This document shows positions 8,111 to 17,032 of a stretch of DNA of 64,000 nt, piece after piece. Within the stretch, counting starts at the first letter, position 1; each line of letters opens with the position of its first letter. Below the pieces are notes generated by a model. It made no database searches, was not told where the DNA came from, and worked only from the letters and a program-made list of their open reading frames with translations. The position numbers and the translations under genes were made by a program. The stretch comes from an uncultured Planctomycetales bacterium (GTDB lineage: Bacteria > Omnitrophota > Gorgyraeia > Zapsychrales > JANLHA01), in NCBI GenBank assembly GCA_964595465.1, contig CAZQQI010000006.1, positions 655 to 64,654 on the forward strand, read 5' to 3'.

Positions 8111-9333
8111 AAGCTTCTTATCGCCTCAATGGGTTTCAGACGGGAGGCCAGCCAGGCCGGATAAATCGATACGCAGATGCTGGTAATCAGCACCAGGGCC
8201 GTGGAGACGGTTGTGTACATGGTGTTCAGACGGGGATAAATGACAGGGTCCATATAAAATGATGACAGCGCGCTGGTAAAAATTCCTAGATCAATGCCCT
8301 GGACATGAAACAGGGCAGTCAGGGAAATGCCCAGAATGGCGCCCATTAGACTGCCGATGCATCCCAGAAAGACGGATTCCCAGGCCACCATGGTCACGAT
8401 CTGCCCCCGCTTGGTACCCAGGGCCAGCAGAATGCCGAATTCGCGTGTGCGTTCTAGAACGCCCATGAGAACGGTGTTGAGGATGCCGATCGCCACGACG
8501 ATCATGACGATAAAGACAATGACCCAGATAAAGGTATTATCAAAATCGATCCATTGTTTCATGATTGGGGATACGGTCTGCCAGGGCAATATTTCCAGAG
8601 TATCAGTGTCCAGACGGGACCGGATCAGGTCTGCCATCTCTTGTGCCCGGTCGCCGCGTTGCAGTTTCAGCGCGATTTCCGATGTTTTATCCTGCATGAC
8701 AAAAAGGTTTTCCGCGGCCCGGTGGGTGATCAGGACCAGTCCGCGGTCGATCTCTTCGACTCCGCTGTCGATCAATCCGGAAATATAATAAGCGCTCGCG
8801 GCAATGCTGCCGTCCAGGGCCTGGGACATGATTACGATCTTGTCGTCAAGGCTGACCTTCAGGCCAGCGGCCAGATCTTTGCCGATCACGATGGTGTCGT
8901 TTTCTTCCGCAGAAAGAAAATTCCCCTCGCCCAGGCTTTTGTGCAGGCTGCTGATCCGGGTTTCTTTGTCCGGGTCCACCCCCAGGATCAGGGCACCGGA
9001 AGAAGATTCTGAAGAACTGATCAGGCCCTGAGCCCGGATACGCGGAGCGGAATAGCGGACACCCTCGATCGCGCGGATCCTTTCGAGCAGAGGGGCGGGG
9101 TCCTCAATATAGGTCTCAAGTTTTTGATGTTCGTGGAATCCCCGGGCATGGATCTGAATGTGTCCGATGGACAGGGACGTGTAATTATCGATCATCTGGA
9201 AGTGGGCGCCTTCGACGAAAGACCAGATAAAGATCAGTGCGCCGAGGCCGAAACCCACCGCGGATATGGTAATGAGCGAGCGCTTGCGGTTGCGGGTGAT
9301 GTTTCGCCAAGCTATCTTAAGGAAAGTGCGCAT
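8107..9333 (-). CDS. ABC transporter permease, FtsX/MacB/LolE family
   Basis: IAWRNITRNRKRS start, large periplasmic loop, GILNT..ERTREFGILLALG and PAWLASRLKPIEAIR. Confidence 0.92.
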   Translation of the reverse strand: MRTFLKIAWRNITRNRKRSLITISAVGFGLGALIFIWSFVEGAHFQMIDNYTSLSIGHIQIHARGFHEHQKLETYIEDPAPLLERIRAIEGVRYSAPRIRAQGLISSSESSSGALILGVDPDKETRISSLHKSLGEGNFLSAEENDTIVIGKDLAAGLKVSLDDKIVIMSQALDGSIAASAYYISGLIDSGVEEIDRGLVLITHRAAENLFVMQDKTSEIALKLQRGDRAQEMADLIRSRLDTDTLEILPWQTVSPIMKQWIDFDNTFIWVIVFIVMIVVAIGILNTVLMGVLERTREFGILLALGTKRGQIVTMVAWESVFLGCIGSLMGAILGISLTALFHVQGIDLGIFTSALSSFYMDPVIYPRLNTMYTTVSTALVLITSICVSIYPAWLASRLKPIEAIRSL

Positions 9334-9335
9334 AC

Positions 9336-10091
9336 TTAAGGAGTTCGTTTGAGATACGTCCGTGTAAAAATATTCGGTTCGATCGGGGTGTTGTATTCGA
9401 CTTGCTCGACAACGATAACGGTCTGGTGCCCCTTTTTGATCTGCGAGGTCATGGTCCAGGTCCGGGGGATCTCTCGGTCGTTGACCGGCCCGATATCGCT
9501 GTAGGTCAGGACTTTCACCAGCCGTCCCCGTTCATCATAATATTCTTCTTTGAGAGGGACCGCGTCGGACTGGCGGACCCAGAGCAGGATCTTTCCCCAT
9601 ATGACCGGGGCGTCGGGTTTGGGGTCCAGGCGGATCTTATAGGCCTCGTTTCCGCTGATGGTTTCTTGGCCGACGATCGTATGGGTGTAATCATGCACGA
9701 TACTGCTTTGTTTGACCAGGTCATCGTTAGTGAAATCGCTGCCCATCCAGGGCTGAAGCATCATAGACGGAGGGATCTTGATGATCTTCTCGACGCTGGG
9801 GAGGTAGTTCCACATTTCATTACCGATGCGCAGAGACCCGATGCCGGCTTCTTTGGCCGGGGAGAGAATGCGGATGAAGGTTTTTTCTTTATCCTGGCTC
9901 CAAACATTCAGCGTGAGCTGGCGTTCCCAGCGGGGCGTGGTAACTGTCATGCGGTAAGTTCCGGCATTGCTCTGGCCCTGCATAATATTATCAGACCGGC
10001 GGACCAGTTCTGTAGCATCCGGCGCCTGCGCGATAGCGGTTCCCGCCGTGAAAAGTATCATTAGAAAGGGAATTAATCGTTTGCCGTTCAT
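9336..10091 (-). CDS. Outer-membrane lipoprotein-sorting (LolA-like) protein
   Basis: Signal peptide; PAKEAG, WNYLPS, WMGSDFTNDDL and EYYD..G.LVK motifs of the LolA-like family found with such ABC cassettes. Confidence 0.8.
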   Translation of the reverse strand: MNGKRLIPFLMILFTAGTAIAQAPDATELVRRSDNIMQGQSNAGTYRMTVTTPRWERQLTLNVWSQDKEKTFIRILSPAKEAGIGSLRIGNEMWNYLPSVEKIIKIPPSMMLQPWMGSDFTNDDLVKQSSIVHDYTHTIVGQETISGNEAYKIRLDPKPDAPVIWGKILLWVRQSDAVPLKEEYYDERGRLVKVLTYSDIGPVNDREIPRTWTMTSQIKKGHQTVIVVEQVEYNTPIEPNIFTRTYLKRTP

Positions 10092-10166
10092 GGTTTGTAT
10101 GATATCATAAAATCAAAGCTGAGCGAACCTTTTTATAATAAAATCAATGACTTAGAGCAGTCTATC

Positions 10167-10883
10167 ATGGGTGAACAATTTTCTTTTTTGTGTGTCGATC
10201 CATCGGATCAATCCATGATGGAGCAGATCTACCGCCTCCGTTTGAGGGTGTACGGGGAAGAGTGCGGATTTATCGATCCTAAGGATTATCCCGAAGGCAT
10301 GGAACGGGATGGCTATGATGATCAGGCAGCGCATTTTGTGGCTCTGGGAGAGCCCGGAGATGTGATCGGATATTTGCGTATGATCCTTCCGGGGAAATTA
10401 CAGCTTCCTTTTGAAGAGCATTTTCCTGAGCTGCAGATCGATCCGGATATCCGTACGGCCGGCGCCTACAGCGAGATTTCCCGGCTGGTGATCAGCAAAC
10501 GCCTGCGCCGTCGTCGTCATGATGGAATATATTATGAGCCGGAATTTCAGGACCGTGTGGTCAAGGCTGAAGACGGGCAGGAATTTATGCGCCGCGCTAA
10601 ACCCATGGCATTCGGTCTGTACCGGGAGATGTATCAGGAAAGCAAGCGCCGCGGGTTGAAAGAATGGTATTCGATTATGGAAAAGACGCTTTGGATCCTG
10701 CTTAAAGTCCATGGCTTTAATTTTAAATGTGTCGGAGAAGAGGTTGATATTTTCGGCCCAGTCCGTCCGTACCGGGGAAATATTGCCGGGATTGAAGAAG
10801 AGATTCGGACTAAGCATCCGGATTTTTGGGCTTATTTTACTGGAGATTCCTCCTGGGGTGTGCAGACGTCCCGGGTTTTTTAA
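10167..10883 (+). CDS. PEP-CTERM/exosortase-associated N-acyl amino acid synthase-like acyltransferase (ExoAT/FeeM, GNAT/LuxI fold)
   Basis: YRLRLRVYGEECGF, ERDGYD, GYLRMI, EISRLVIS..LRRR and GLYREMYQES motifs match the TIGR03694-type family as I recall it; exosortase context. Start at 10167 preferred over TTG 10095. Confidence 0.8.
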   Translation: MGEQFSFLCVDPSDQSMMEQIYRLRLRVYGEECGFIDPKDYPEGMERDGYDDQAAHFVALGEPGDVIGYLRMILPGKLQLPFEEHFPELQIDPDIRTAGAYSEISRLVISKRLRRRRHDGIYYEPEFQDRVVKAEDGQEFMRRAKPMAFGLYREMYQESKRRGLKEWYSIMEKTLWILLKVHGFNFKCVGEEVDIFGPVRPYRGNIAGIEEEIRTKHPDFWAYFTGDSSWGVQTSRVF

Positions 10884-10898
10884 TCTGCGGTTTTTATT

Positions 10899-13850
10899 AT
10901 GACCTTATCCTCGCGTCATATCTATCAGGCGTTTCTGGATTCCGCGGAAGCTCACCGGGAAAAAGATGCCGTCCTTTATCAGCACGGCAAAAATTTCATT
11001 TCACAGAATTATGCGTGGCTGGAACGCCGTTCCCGCATCATGGCCCGGCAATTATGCCGAAAGCATCATATTCGACCAGGCGATCGGGTGGCACTGCTTT
11101 TGGAAAATCATCCGGAATTTGCCTGGTCTTTCCTGGGGGTTCTGGCGGCGGGAGGCGTTGTTGTTCCGCTTGATGTCCAGTATTCACCAGGTCAGATCCT
11201 GCGCATCTGTGAGCATGCCGGAGCGAAAATCGTGATCTCCCAGACGTCCCTGGATTATTCTCAATCCACCAAAGGTTCACTGCAATGGATTTTCGTGAAC
11301 GATCTGTCCGGCGATGAAAATGTTCCGTCCCAGCCATTATCAGACATAGAGGTGCCGGGAGGAGACGATCTCGCGGCCCTGTTCTATACTTCCGGGACGA
11401 CCGGAGAGCCGAAGGGGGTGATGCTGACTCACAATAATCTTCTGGCCAATGTTGACGCGATCCGGAAGATTAAGGTTGCGGTTGCTGATGATGTGGTCCT
11501 TTCCATGCTGCCTCTGCATCATACCTATGCGTTTACCACGACATTACTGACGCCGCTGTTGATCGGGGCCACGATCGCGTATCCCAAAAGCATTGCTTCA
11601 TCTGATCTGATGTACTGCATTAAGCAGGCCTGTGTGACGTTAATGGTCAGTGTCCCTGAAGTCTTCAAACTTCTACACCAGGCAGTTAAAAGGCAGATGG
11701 GTTCTCTGCCGCTCATGAAGCGCGCAGTTGCCCACTATGGCGGACAGCTGGCGTTGCCTCTGCGTAAACATATGCGCGTAAACGCCGGTAAAATGATTTT
11801 TCGGGATGTGCACCGCATCTTCGGCCCCTGTCTGAGGATGATGATCTCCGGCGGGGCTAAGCTGGATGCAGAGGTCGTCCGGGATTTTTACCGCTGGGGG
11901 TTTGCCCTGATCGAAGGATATGGCCTGACCGAGACATCTCCGGTCGTGGCGTTTTCTCTGCCGGACGATGCGCGCTTTGGTTCCGTCGGGAGGCCCTTGC
12001 CGGGAGTTGAAGCCGCCCTTTACGGGACGGATGAGAAAGGGGAGGGGGAAATCATTGTCCGCGGGCCGAATGTCATGCAGGGATATTACCGCAGTCCGGA
12101 AGAAACCCGCAAGGTCTTGCGTGACGGGTGGCTGTTTACCGGAGATTTGGGATCCATCGAGGCTGACGGATCGCTGACCATTAACGGACGGAAAAATGAT
12201 ATGATCGTGCTGAGCAGCGGGGAGAATATCTATCCGGCTGAGTTGGAAGAGATCTATGCCCGGACCCCGATGATCAAAGAGATCGGTGTGTTTGCCCGCG
12301 ATCCCGTTCATGAGGGCAGAGCTCAGCAGCTGGCAGCGGTTATTGTTCCGGATATCGGATATTTTCAGGAGATAGGCGAAGTCGATATCCGCGGAAAGCT
12401 CAAATGGGAATTAGAAAATATTTTTTCTTCTCTGCCCTCATATAAGCGGCTGGCCGGTTTTGTCATTTTCCGTCAGGATCTTCCCCGCACCCGGTTGGGC
12501 AAGCTCAAACGTTTTGAACTGCCGCATATTTATACTACAATCCAATCCTCCGGGAAGCTCGAACCATCCCGGGAGGAGGCATCCGTGGATAAACAGCCGG
12601 AACTTTTAACCCACGGGCCTCAGCTGGCGCTCACGTATTTGCAGAAACGTCTGGACCGCGAGGTTTCCATGTCGGATCATATTGAATTGGACCTGGGTCT
12701 GGATTCGCTGGAGCGCATTGAGGTCTTGCTGGAGATGCAGGAGAGCCTAGGGCTGGAAGTGCCGGAAGAAGATCTGATGGCGTTTTTTTCCTGCCAGACG
12801 GTGGGCGAGCTGTTTGAACGCCTTAAGGAGCTCCTTCGCCATCAGGCCGGCGCCGGGGATAAAGACGAAGATATGACCCTGCTGACCCAAAGCGCGCTTG
12901 CCTATATCAATAAACAGCTTAATGTTTCGGCTCAGCCGCAAGATCATCTTGAGCTCGATCTGGGTTTAGATTCTCTGGGCAGGATCGAATTGCTTATGGG
13001 CCTGCAGGAGCATCTTGGTCTTGAACTGAGTGAAGACGAGGCGATGTCGTTTTTTCAGTGCCAGACCATCAGCGAACTGATGTCCCGTCTGCAGGTGGTG
13101 ATCGGAAAAGAAACCATTCATGGTCACTGGGGTGAAGTCTCCTGGGAAGATATTATGAGGCAGGACCCTTCGGAACAGAGGAAGGAATCGCTGAGGCTGA
13201 ACGGGACAGGAATTGGGGGGAAGGCACTGAATTTTTTTCTGGCGATGCTACTTAAGATGCTTTTTAAGGTATTCTTTTTATTACGTATCGAAGGGAGGGA
13301 GCGTTTGCCTGATAAGGGGCCCTATGTGATCTGCCCCAATCATACTACGTATTTGGATGCTTTGTTCGTTATGGCCGCTCTGCCGTTCCCGGTTCTTCTG
13401 CAGACCTTTTTTCTCGGCGACGATCGTTTTTTGTCTCGAGGTCCGTTGAGATACTGTCACCACGTTTTGAGGCTGATCCCGATTAAATTCACCTTTGATA
13501 TGGTCGACGCGCTGCGTACCTGTGCGTATGTTCTCAAGCATAATCGGATCGTGTGCTATTTTCCGGAAGGACAGCGCACCGTCGGTCATGAGATCGGAAA
13601 GTTTAAGAAGGGCATTGGGATTCTGCTGAAAGAGGCCGCAGTCCCGGCCGTACCGGTTTACCTTAAGGGGGGAGAGAAGGTCTGGCCTCGAGGACGCAAA
13701 TGGCCCCGGCCCGGGAGGATCCGTGTGGTGGTCGGCGAGCCGGTTTATCCTGAAACGCTGCATTTTGAATTGACCGCTCAGGAAGACCCCTATATGCGTA
13801 TCGCTGAAAAGCTGAAAGAAAAGATGAGAAACCTTAAAGATACTTATTAA
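10899..13850 (+). CDS. Multidomain acyl-AMP/acyl-CoA ligase - ACP - ACP - PlsC-type acyltransferase
   Basis: YTSGTTGEPKG, EGYGLTETSP and TGDLG (adenylation); two DLGLDSL phosphopantetheine sites (Ser603, Ser692); NHTTYLD and FPEG (PlsC). Confidence 0.9.
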   Translation: MTLSSRHIYQAFLDSAEAHREKDAVLYQHGKNFISQNYAWLERRSRIMARQLCRKHHIRPGDRVALLLENHPEFAWSFLGVLAAGGVVVPLDVQYSPGQILRICEHAGAKIVISQTSLDYSQSTKGSLQWIFVNDLSGDENVPSQPLSDIEVPGGDDLAALFYTSGTTGEPKGVMLTHNNLLANVDAIRKIKVAVADDVVLSMLPLHHTYAFTTTLLTPLLIGATIAYPKSIASSDLMYCIKQACVTLMVSVPEVFKLLHQAVKRQMGSLPLMKRAVAHYGGQLALPLRKHMRVNAGKMIFRDVHRIFGPCLRMMISGGAKLDAEVVRDFYRWGFALIEGYGLTETSPVVAFSLPDDARFGSVGRPLPGVEAALYGTDEKGEGEIIVRGPNVMQGYYRSPEETRKVLRDGWLFTGDLGSIEADGSLTINGRKNDMIVLSSGENIYPAELEEIYARTPMIKEIGVFARDPVHEGRAQQLAAVIVPDIGYFQEIGEVDIRGKLKWELENIFSSLPSYKRLAGFVIFRQDLPRTRLGKLKRFELPHIYTTIQSSGKLEPSREEASVDKQPELLTHGPQLALTYLQKRLDREVSMSDHIELDLGLDSLERIEVLLEMQESLGLEVPEEDLMAFFSCQTVGELFERLKELLRHQAGAGDKDEDMTLLTQSALAYINKQLNVSAQPQDHLELDLGLDSLGRIELLMGLQEHLGLELSEDEAMSFFQCQTISELMSRLQVVIGKETIHGHWGEVSWEDIMRQDPSEQRKESLRLNGTGIGGKALNFFLAMLLKMLFKVFFLLRIEGRERLPDKGPYVICPNHTTYLDALFVMAALPFPVLLQTFFLGDDRFLSRGPLRYCHHVLRLIPIKFTFDMVDALRTCAYVLKHNRIVCYFPEGQRTVGHEIGKFKKGIGILLKEAAVPAVPVYLKGGEKVWPRGRKWPRPGRIRVVVGEPVYPETLHFELTAQEDPYMRIAEKLKEKMRNLKDTY

Positions 13851-13864
13851 TAATAATACTAATA

Positions 13865-13893
13865 TTGAATTATAGTAAGATATGTGATATTAT
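13865..13893 (+). promoter_or_regulatory. Candidate sigma-70 promoter with extended -10
   Basis: TTGAAT-17 bp-TATTAT with TGn, in an AT-rich gap before the 13918-19509 gene run. Confidence 0.45.
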
Positions 13894-13917
13894 TAAAAAC
13901 AAAATCCTAAACAGGCG

Positions 13918-14796
13918 GTGATCATGACGACAAAATTCTCACCCGGACAGTTCTTTTCTTTGCTCCGTTCCGCAGTTCAGACCATCATTCACCATCCTCT
14001 TATCCTTTATCCTTTCACAATTTTATTTATGCTTCAGCTCTTCATTATGGAGATCCTGTTTTTTGCTCCACGCTATCCGTTATCGCAATTCTTTTCCCCG
14101 GTTATAAGCAGGCTTGCCGGAGAGCAGTTTCTGCATTATCCCTTAAATTTCATGCTTCTTAACCGCTGGTTTCAGAGTATTCAAATCCCCTTTTATCTGT
14201 TTGTGTCCTCGTTTTTTATCGGCGCTGCGGTTTACGCGATTTATTTGATCAATCGGGATGAAAACTTGAATTGGGGGAAGGTTTTCAAGAGGACGCTTAA
14301 GCAGTATATTCATTTGGTGGTAGCCGCGGCGATTTCGGTTGGTTTTGTGTATATCCTCAGCTGGCTTTATAGCCTGCTGGTGCAGCGCGCCTTGCAGATA
14401 CGCTCAACCGCGGGGATCTATTTTATGATCAAGAAGGCCGTGATCCTGGGCGCGCCCTATGCCAATTTATTATTTTCTACGTTGATCATTACTATGTTTG
14501 CGTTCGTTATTCCTATTATCATGATCGAGGGGAAAAAGGTTTTTTCAGCCTTTGCTCAAAATTTTAAGGTGCTTGGCGGGGTTTTCTGGATGTTATTCCT
14601 GGCGATGCTGGCATCCGGTTTGTTTTACCTCCCTGTCCTTTTATTGCGTTCCAACGCGGAGTGGGGCAGGAGCGTTTTTAGTCCGGAGATGTGGCAGATC
14701 CTCATGATCGCGGGTGTGGCCTTAATGCTCGTGATCGATGCCGTGCAGTATACCGCTATAACTATGACGTACTTGCTAAAAAAGGATGCGGAATGA
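13918..14796 (+). CDS. Polytopic membrane protein of unknown function
   Basis: About 6-7 hydrophobic segments; ATGA-coupled to the TPR gene. Confidence 0.75.
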   Translation: MIMTTKFSPGQFFSLLRSAVQTIIHHPLILYPFTILFMLQLFIMEILFFAPRYPLSQFFSPVISRLAGEQFLHYPLNFMLLNRWFQSIQIPFYLFVSSFFIGAAVYAIYLINRDENLNWGKVFKRTLKQYIHLVVAAAISVGFVYILSWLYSLLVQRALQIRSTAGIYFMIKKAVILGAPYANLLFSTLIITMFAFVIPIIMIEGKKVFSAFAQNFKVLGGVFWMLFLAMLASGLFYLPVLLLRSNAEWGRSVFSPEMWQILMIAGVALMLVIDAVQYTAITMTYLLKKDAE

Positions 14797-15692
14797 AAAA
14801 GACACTTATCATCGGTTTGACGGTGCTGCTTGGATTGTTTGTGGTATTCACCGTTATGGATAAAAGCGATTATGCCCTTGAAAAAAGATTGTGGCGTGTG
14901 CAGAAGGATTTTACCGAGCTGTCGCAAGACCCTCAGTCAGCGCCGGCTGAGCAGTACGCGTCTCTTGCGCGGCGTTATCGCCGTCTGATCGAGAAATATC
15001 CGGATTCCCGTCTGGTCCCCATGATCTATCTGCAGATCAGCCGGCTTTACTTTATGCAGGAGGCCTATGACCGGGCGCGTGATATTCTGCAGGAATTGAA
15101 AGACCGATATCCTGACCGGAATGAACTCCAGGCCGAGGCTCTGCTTTATATCGGTAATGCCTATGAATCGGAAGGGGATTTTTCACAGGCAGTCAAGACC
15201 TATCAAAAGATACAGCAGCGCTATCCGCATACCGAATGGGGGATCGGCATGCCGCTGTATTTGGCTGATGTTTACTTGCGTGCCGGGAAGCTAGACGAGC
15301 ATCGGCAGGCGTTGGAAAACGCGGCCGCCTATTATCGCGGGATTGTCGCCGACGAAGGGGCGGATCTTGGGCATCAGCTTAGGGCCTACCGTTCGCTGGT
15401 GGCGGCTTACCTGGCTCAGGAAAAGTGGAATGACGCTGTTTCGGTTTTGAAAAATGCACTTTTCCGCTACGCAAAATCCGAATACCTGACGCCCCGGAGT
15501 GCGGGTGTTCTGATCCGCTCGATCGCTCAGATCAGTGTGACCCGGCTAGAGAACCCTGACCGCGCGATCGGGATTTATCAGGAGTTCATCCGTGAGCATC
15601 CGGATCACCCCTTGTCGCCTACGTTGAAGAAGCTGATCGCTGCTATGCAGCAGCAGGGCGTGACCCAAAACGGATTGCCGGAAGGCGAATAA
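14793..15692 (+). CDS. Membrane-anchored tetratricopeptide repeat protein
   Basis: MKKTLII N-terminal TM; repeated helical units with YP turns (KYPDS, RYPDR, RYPHT, HPDHP); ATG 14793 overlaps the upstream stop. Confidence 0.8.
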   Translation: MKKTLIIGLTVLLGLFVVFTVMDKSDYALEKRLWRVQKDFTELSQDPQSAPAEQYASLARRYRRLIEKYPDSRLVPMIYLQISRLYFMQEAYDRARDILQELKDRYPDRNELQAEALLYIGNAYESEGDFSQAVKTYQKIQQRYPHTEWGIGMPLYLADVYLRAGKLDEHRQALENAAAYYRGIVADEGADLGHQLRAYRSLVAAYLAQEKWNDAVSVLKNALFRYAKSEYLTPRSAGVLIRSIAQISVTRLENPDRAIGIYQEFIREHPDHPLSPTLKKLIAAMQQQGVTQNGLPEGE

Positions 15693-15696
15693 TATT

Positions 15697-16998
15697 ATGA
15701 GTTCAGATGCCCTGCCGGATTATGTCCGACAACTTACGCAAACAGATCTTTTCAATCAGATCAGCGCGATCTGCGCCGCTGTTAATGAAGAGACGGATTC
15801 TGACGGTCTGTTAGAGGTGTCTCTCCAGCGGCTGCTGCGGCTGTTTGGTGCCCGGCGAGGATCGGTCTATATTTTCGACGAATCCCGAGAGGAATTGGTG
15901 CTGAAATCTGCTATCGGGCTGACGGTTGAAGAAGGCGATTATAAAATTAAGCGCCCGGGGGAGGGAGTGGTCGGAAAAGTTGCCGAACTCAAAAAGCCGA
16001 TCTTTGTTAAAGATATCTCCACTGACGAGCGTTTCGAAAATTATAAAGCGCGTTCAAGTTATGAGACGCCGTCGTTTTTGTGTGTTCCTCTTTTGGTTAA
16101 GGATGAACTGATCGGGGTGATCAACGTCGCGGATAAAGAATCGGGAACGCTGTTCGGCGAGGATGAACTGCAGTTGATGGATTTTCTGGCGGCTCAGATT
16201 GCACTGAATTACCGCAGGATCGCTTTATACCAAAATGTGCAGAACATTGTCGAACGTTCTCGTAAGCTCGAAGATGAACTGGGGCGGACCAGTGAAGAGC
16301 GCTCCCGTCTGAAGCGGCAGGTTGTCGTCCACGAACGTCTGGCTTCTATTGGGAAGCTGGCCGGAGGCATCGCTCATGAATTCAATAATCCGCTGGACGG
16401 AGTTATGCGCTATACACAGCTCTGTCTCCAGCAGGTCGGTGATGATGGGATCCTGCGGGGGTATTTGCTTGAGATTAAGCATGGCTTGAACCGCATGGCT
16501 AACATTGTCCGCAGTCTCCTGGCGTGTTCGCGGGGTGCGGCTCAGGGAGAAGAGAATACAATCCATCCTGAAGCGGCGATAGAGCAGGCCCTGCAGTCAA
16601 TCCAGACCGATGCTGTTCATAAAAATATTGACATAAAAATTAATGTCGACGCGGGATTGCCGGAAATGACCGATATGGGGCTGGAAAGGATTCTGGTCAA
16701 TCTCCTGCGCAACGCCGTTGAGGCTGTCGATAGCGGGGGAGAAGTAGGGGTTTCTGCCGGGTTAGAGGATGGGGGGCAGCTCGCGATCCGTATCTGGGAT
16801 GACGGTCCCGGCATCGCTGTTCCGGACGACCTTGATAAGATCTTTGAGCCGTTTTATACGACAAAGGATATTGAAAAGGGCTGCGGACTCGGGCTGACTA
16901 TTGTCGCTGAGATCGTAAAAATGTATGACGGAAAATTAACAGTCGAAAGCTATCCAGATAAAAAGACCGTATTTACTATCCGATTACCGGTCGCCTAG
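15697..16998 (+). CDS. Cytoplasmic GAF-domain sensor histidine kinase (PrsK-like role)
   Basis: GAF (GEGVVGKV..SFLCVPL..IGVINV), H-box AHEFNNPL, N-box NLLRNA, DDGPGI, FEPFYTTK and GLGL; no TM helices. Confidence 0.93.
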   Translation: MSSDALPDYVRQLTQTDLFNQISAICAAVNEETDSDGLLEVSLQRLLRLFGARRGSVYIFDESREELVLKSAIGLTVEEGDYKIKRPGEGVVGKVAELKKPIFVKDISTDERFENYKARSSYETPSFLCVPLLVKDELIGVINVADKESGTLFGEDELQLMDFLAAQIALNYRRIALYQNVQNIVERSRKLEDELGRTSEERSRLKRQVVVHERLASIGKLAGGIAHEFNNPLDGVMRYTQLCLQQVGDDGILRGYLLEIKHGLNRMANIVRSLLACSRGAAQGEENTIHPEAAIEQALQSIQTDAVHKNIDIKINVDAGLPEMTDMGLERILVNLLRNAVEAVDSGGEVGVSAGLEDGGQLAIRIWDDGPGIAVPDDLDKIFEPFYTTKDIEKGCGLGLTIVAEIVKMYDGKLTVESYPDKKTVFTIRLPVA

Positions 16999-17032
16999 TT
17001 GTTCCGGTTAGCTGCAACAGAAAGTGTGTGGT

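Noticed and set aside
9402-10064. 220-aa plus-strand ORF (similar cases: 17-634, 11673-12311, 20517-21080, 22139-22762, 30064-30708, 34065-34697)
   Set aside because: Each overlaps a well-supported gene on the opposite strand and has no recognisable domain.
10167-10883. LuxI quorum-sensing synthase
   Set aside because: Same fold, but the motifs and exosortase context fit ExoAT/FeeM better, and there is no luxR nearby.
10899-13850. NRPS/PKS cluster
   Set aside because: No condensation, ketosynthase or thioesterase domains.
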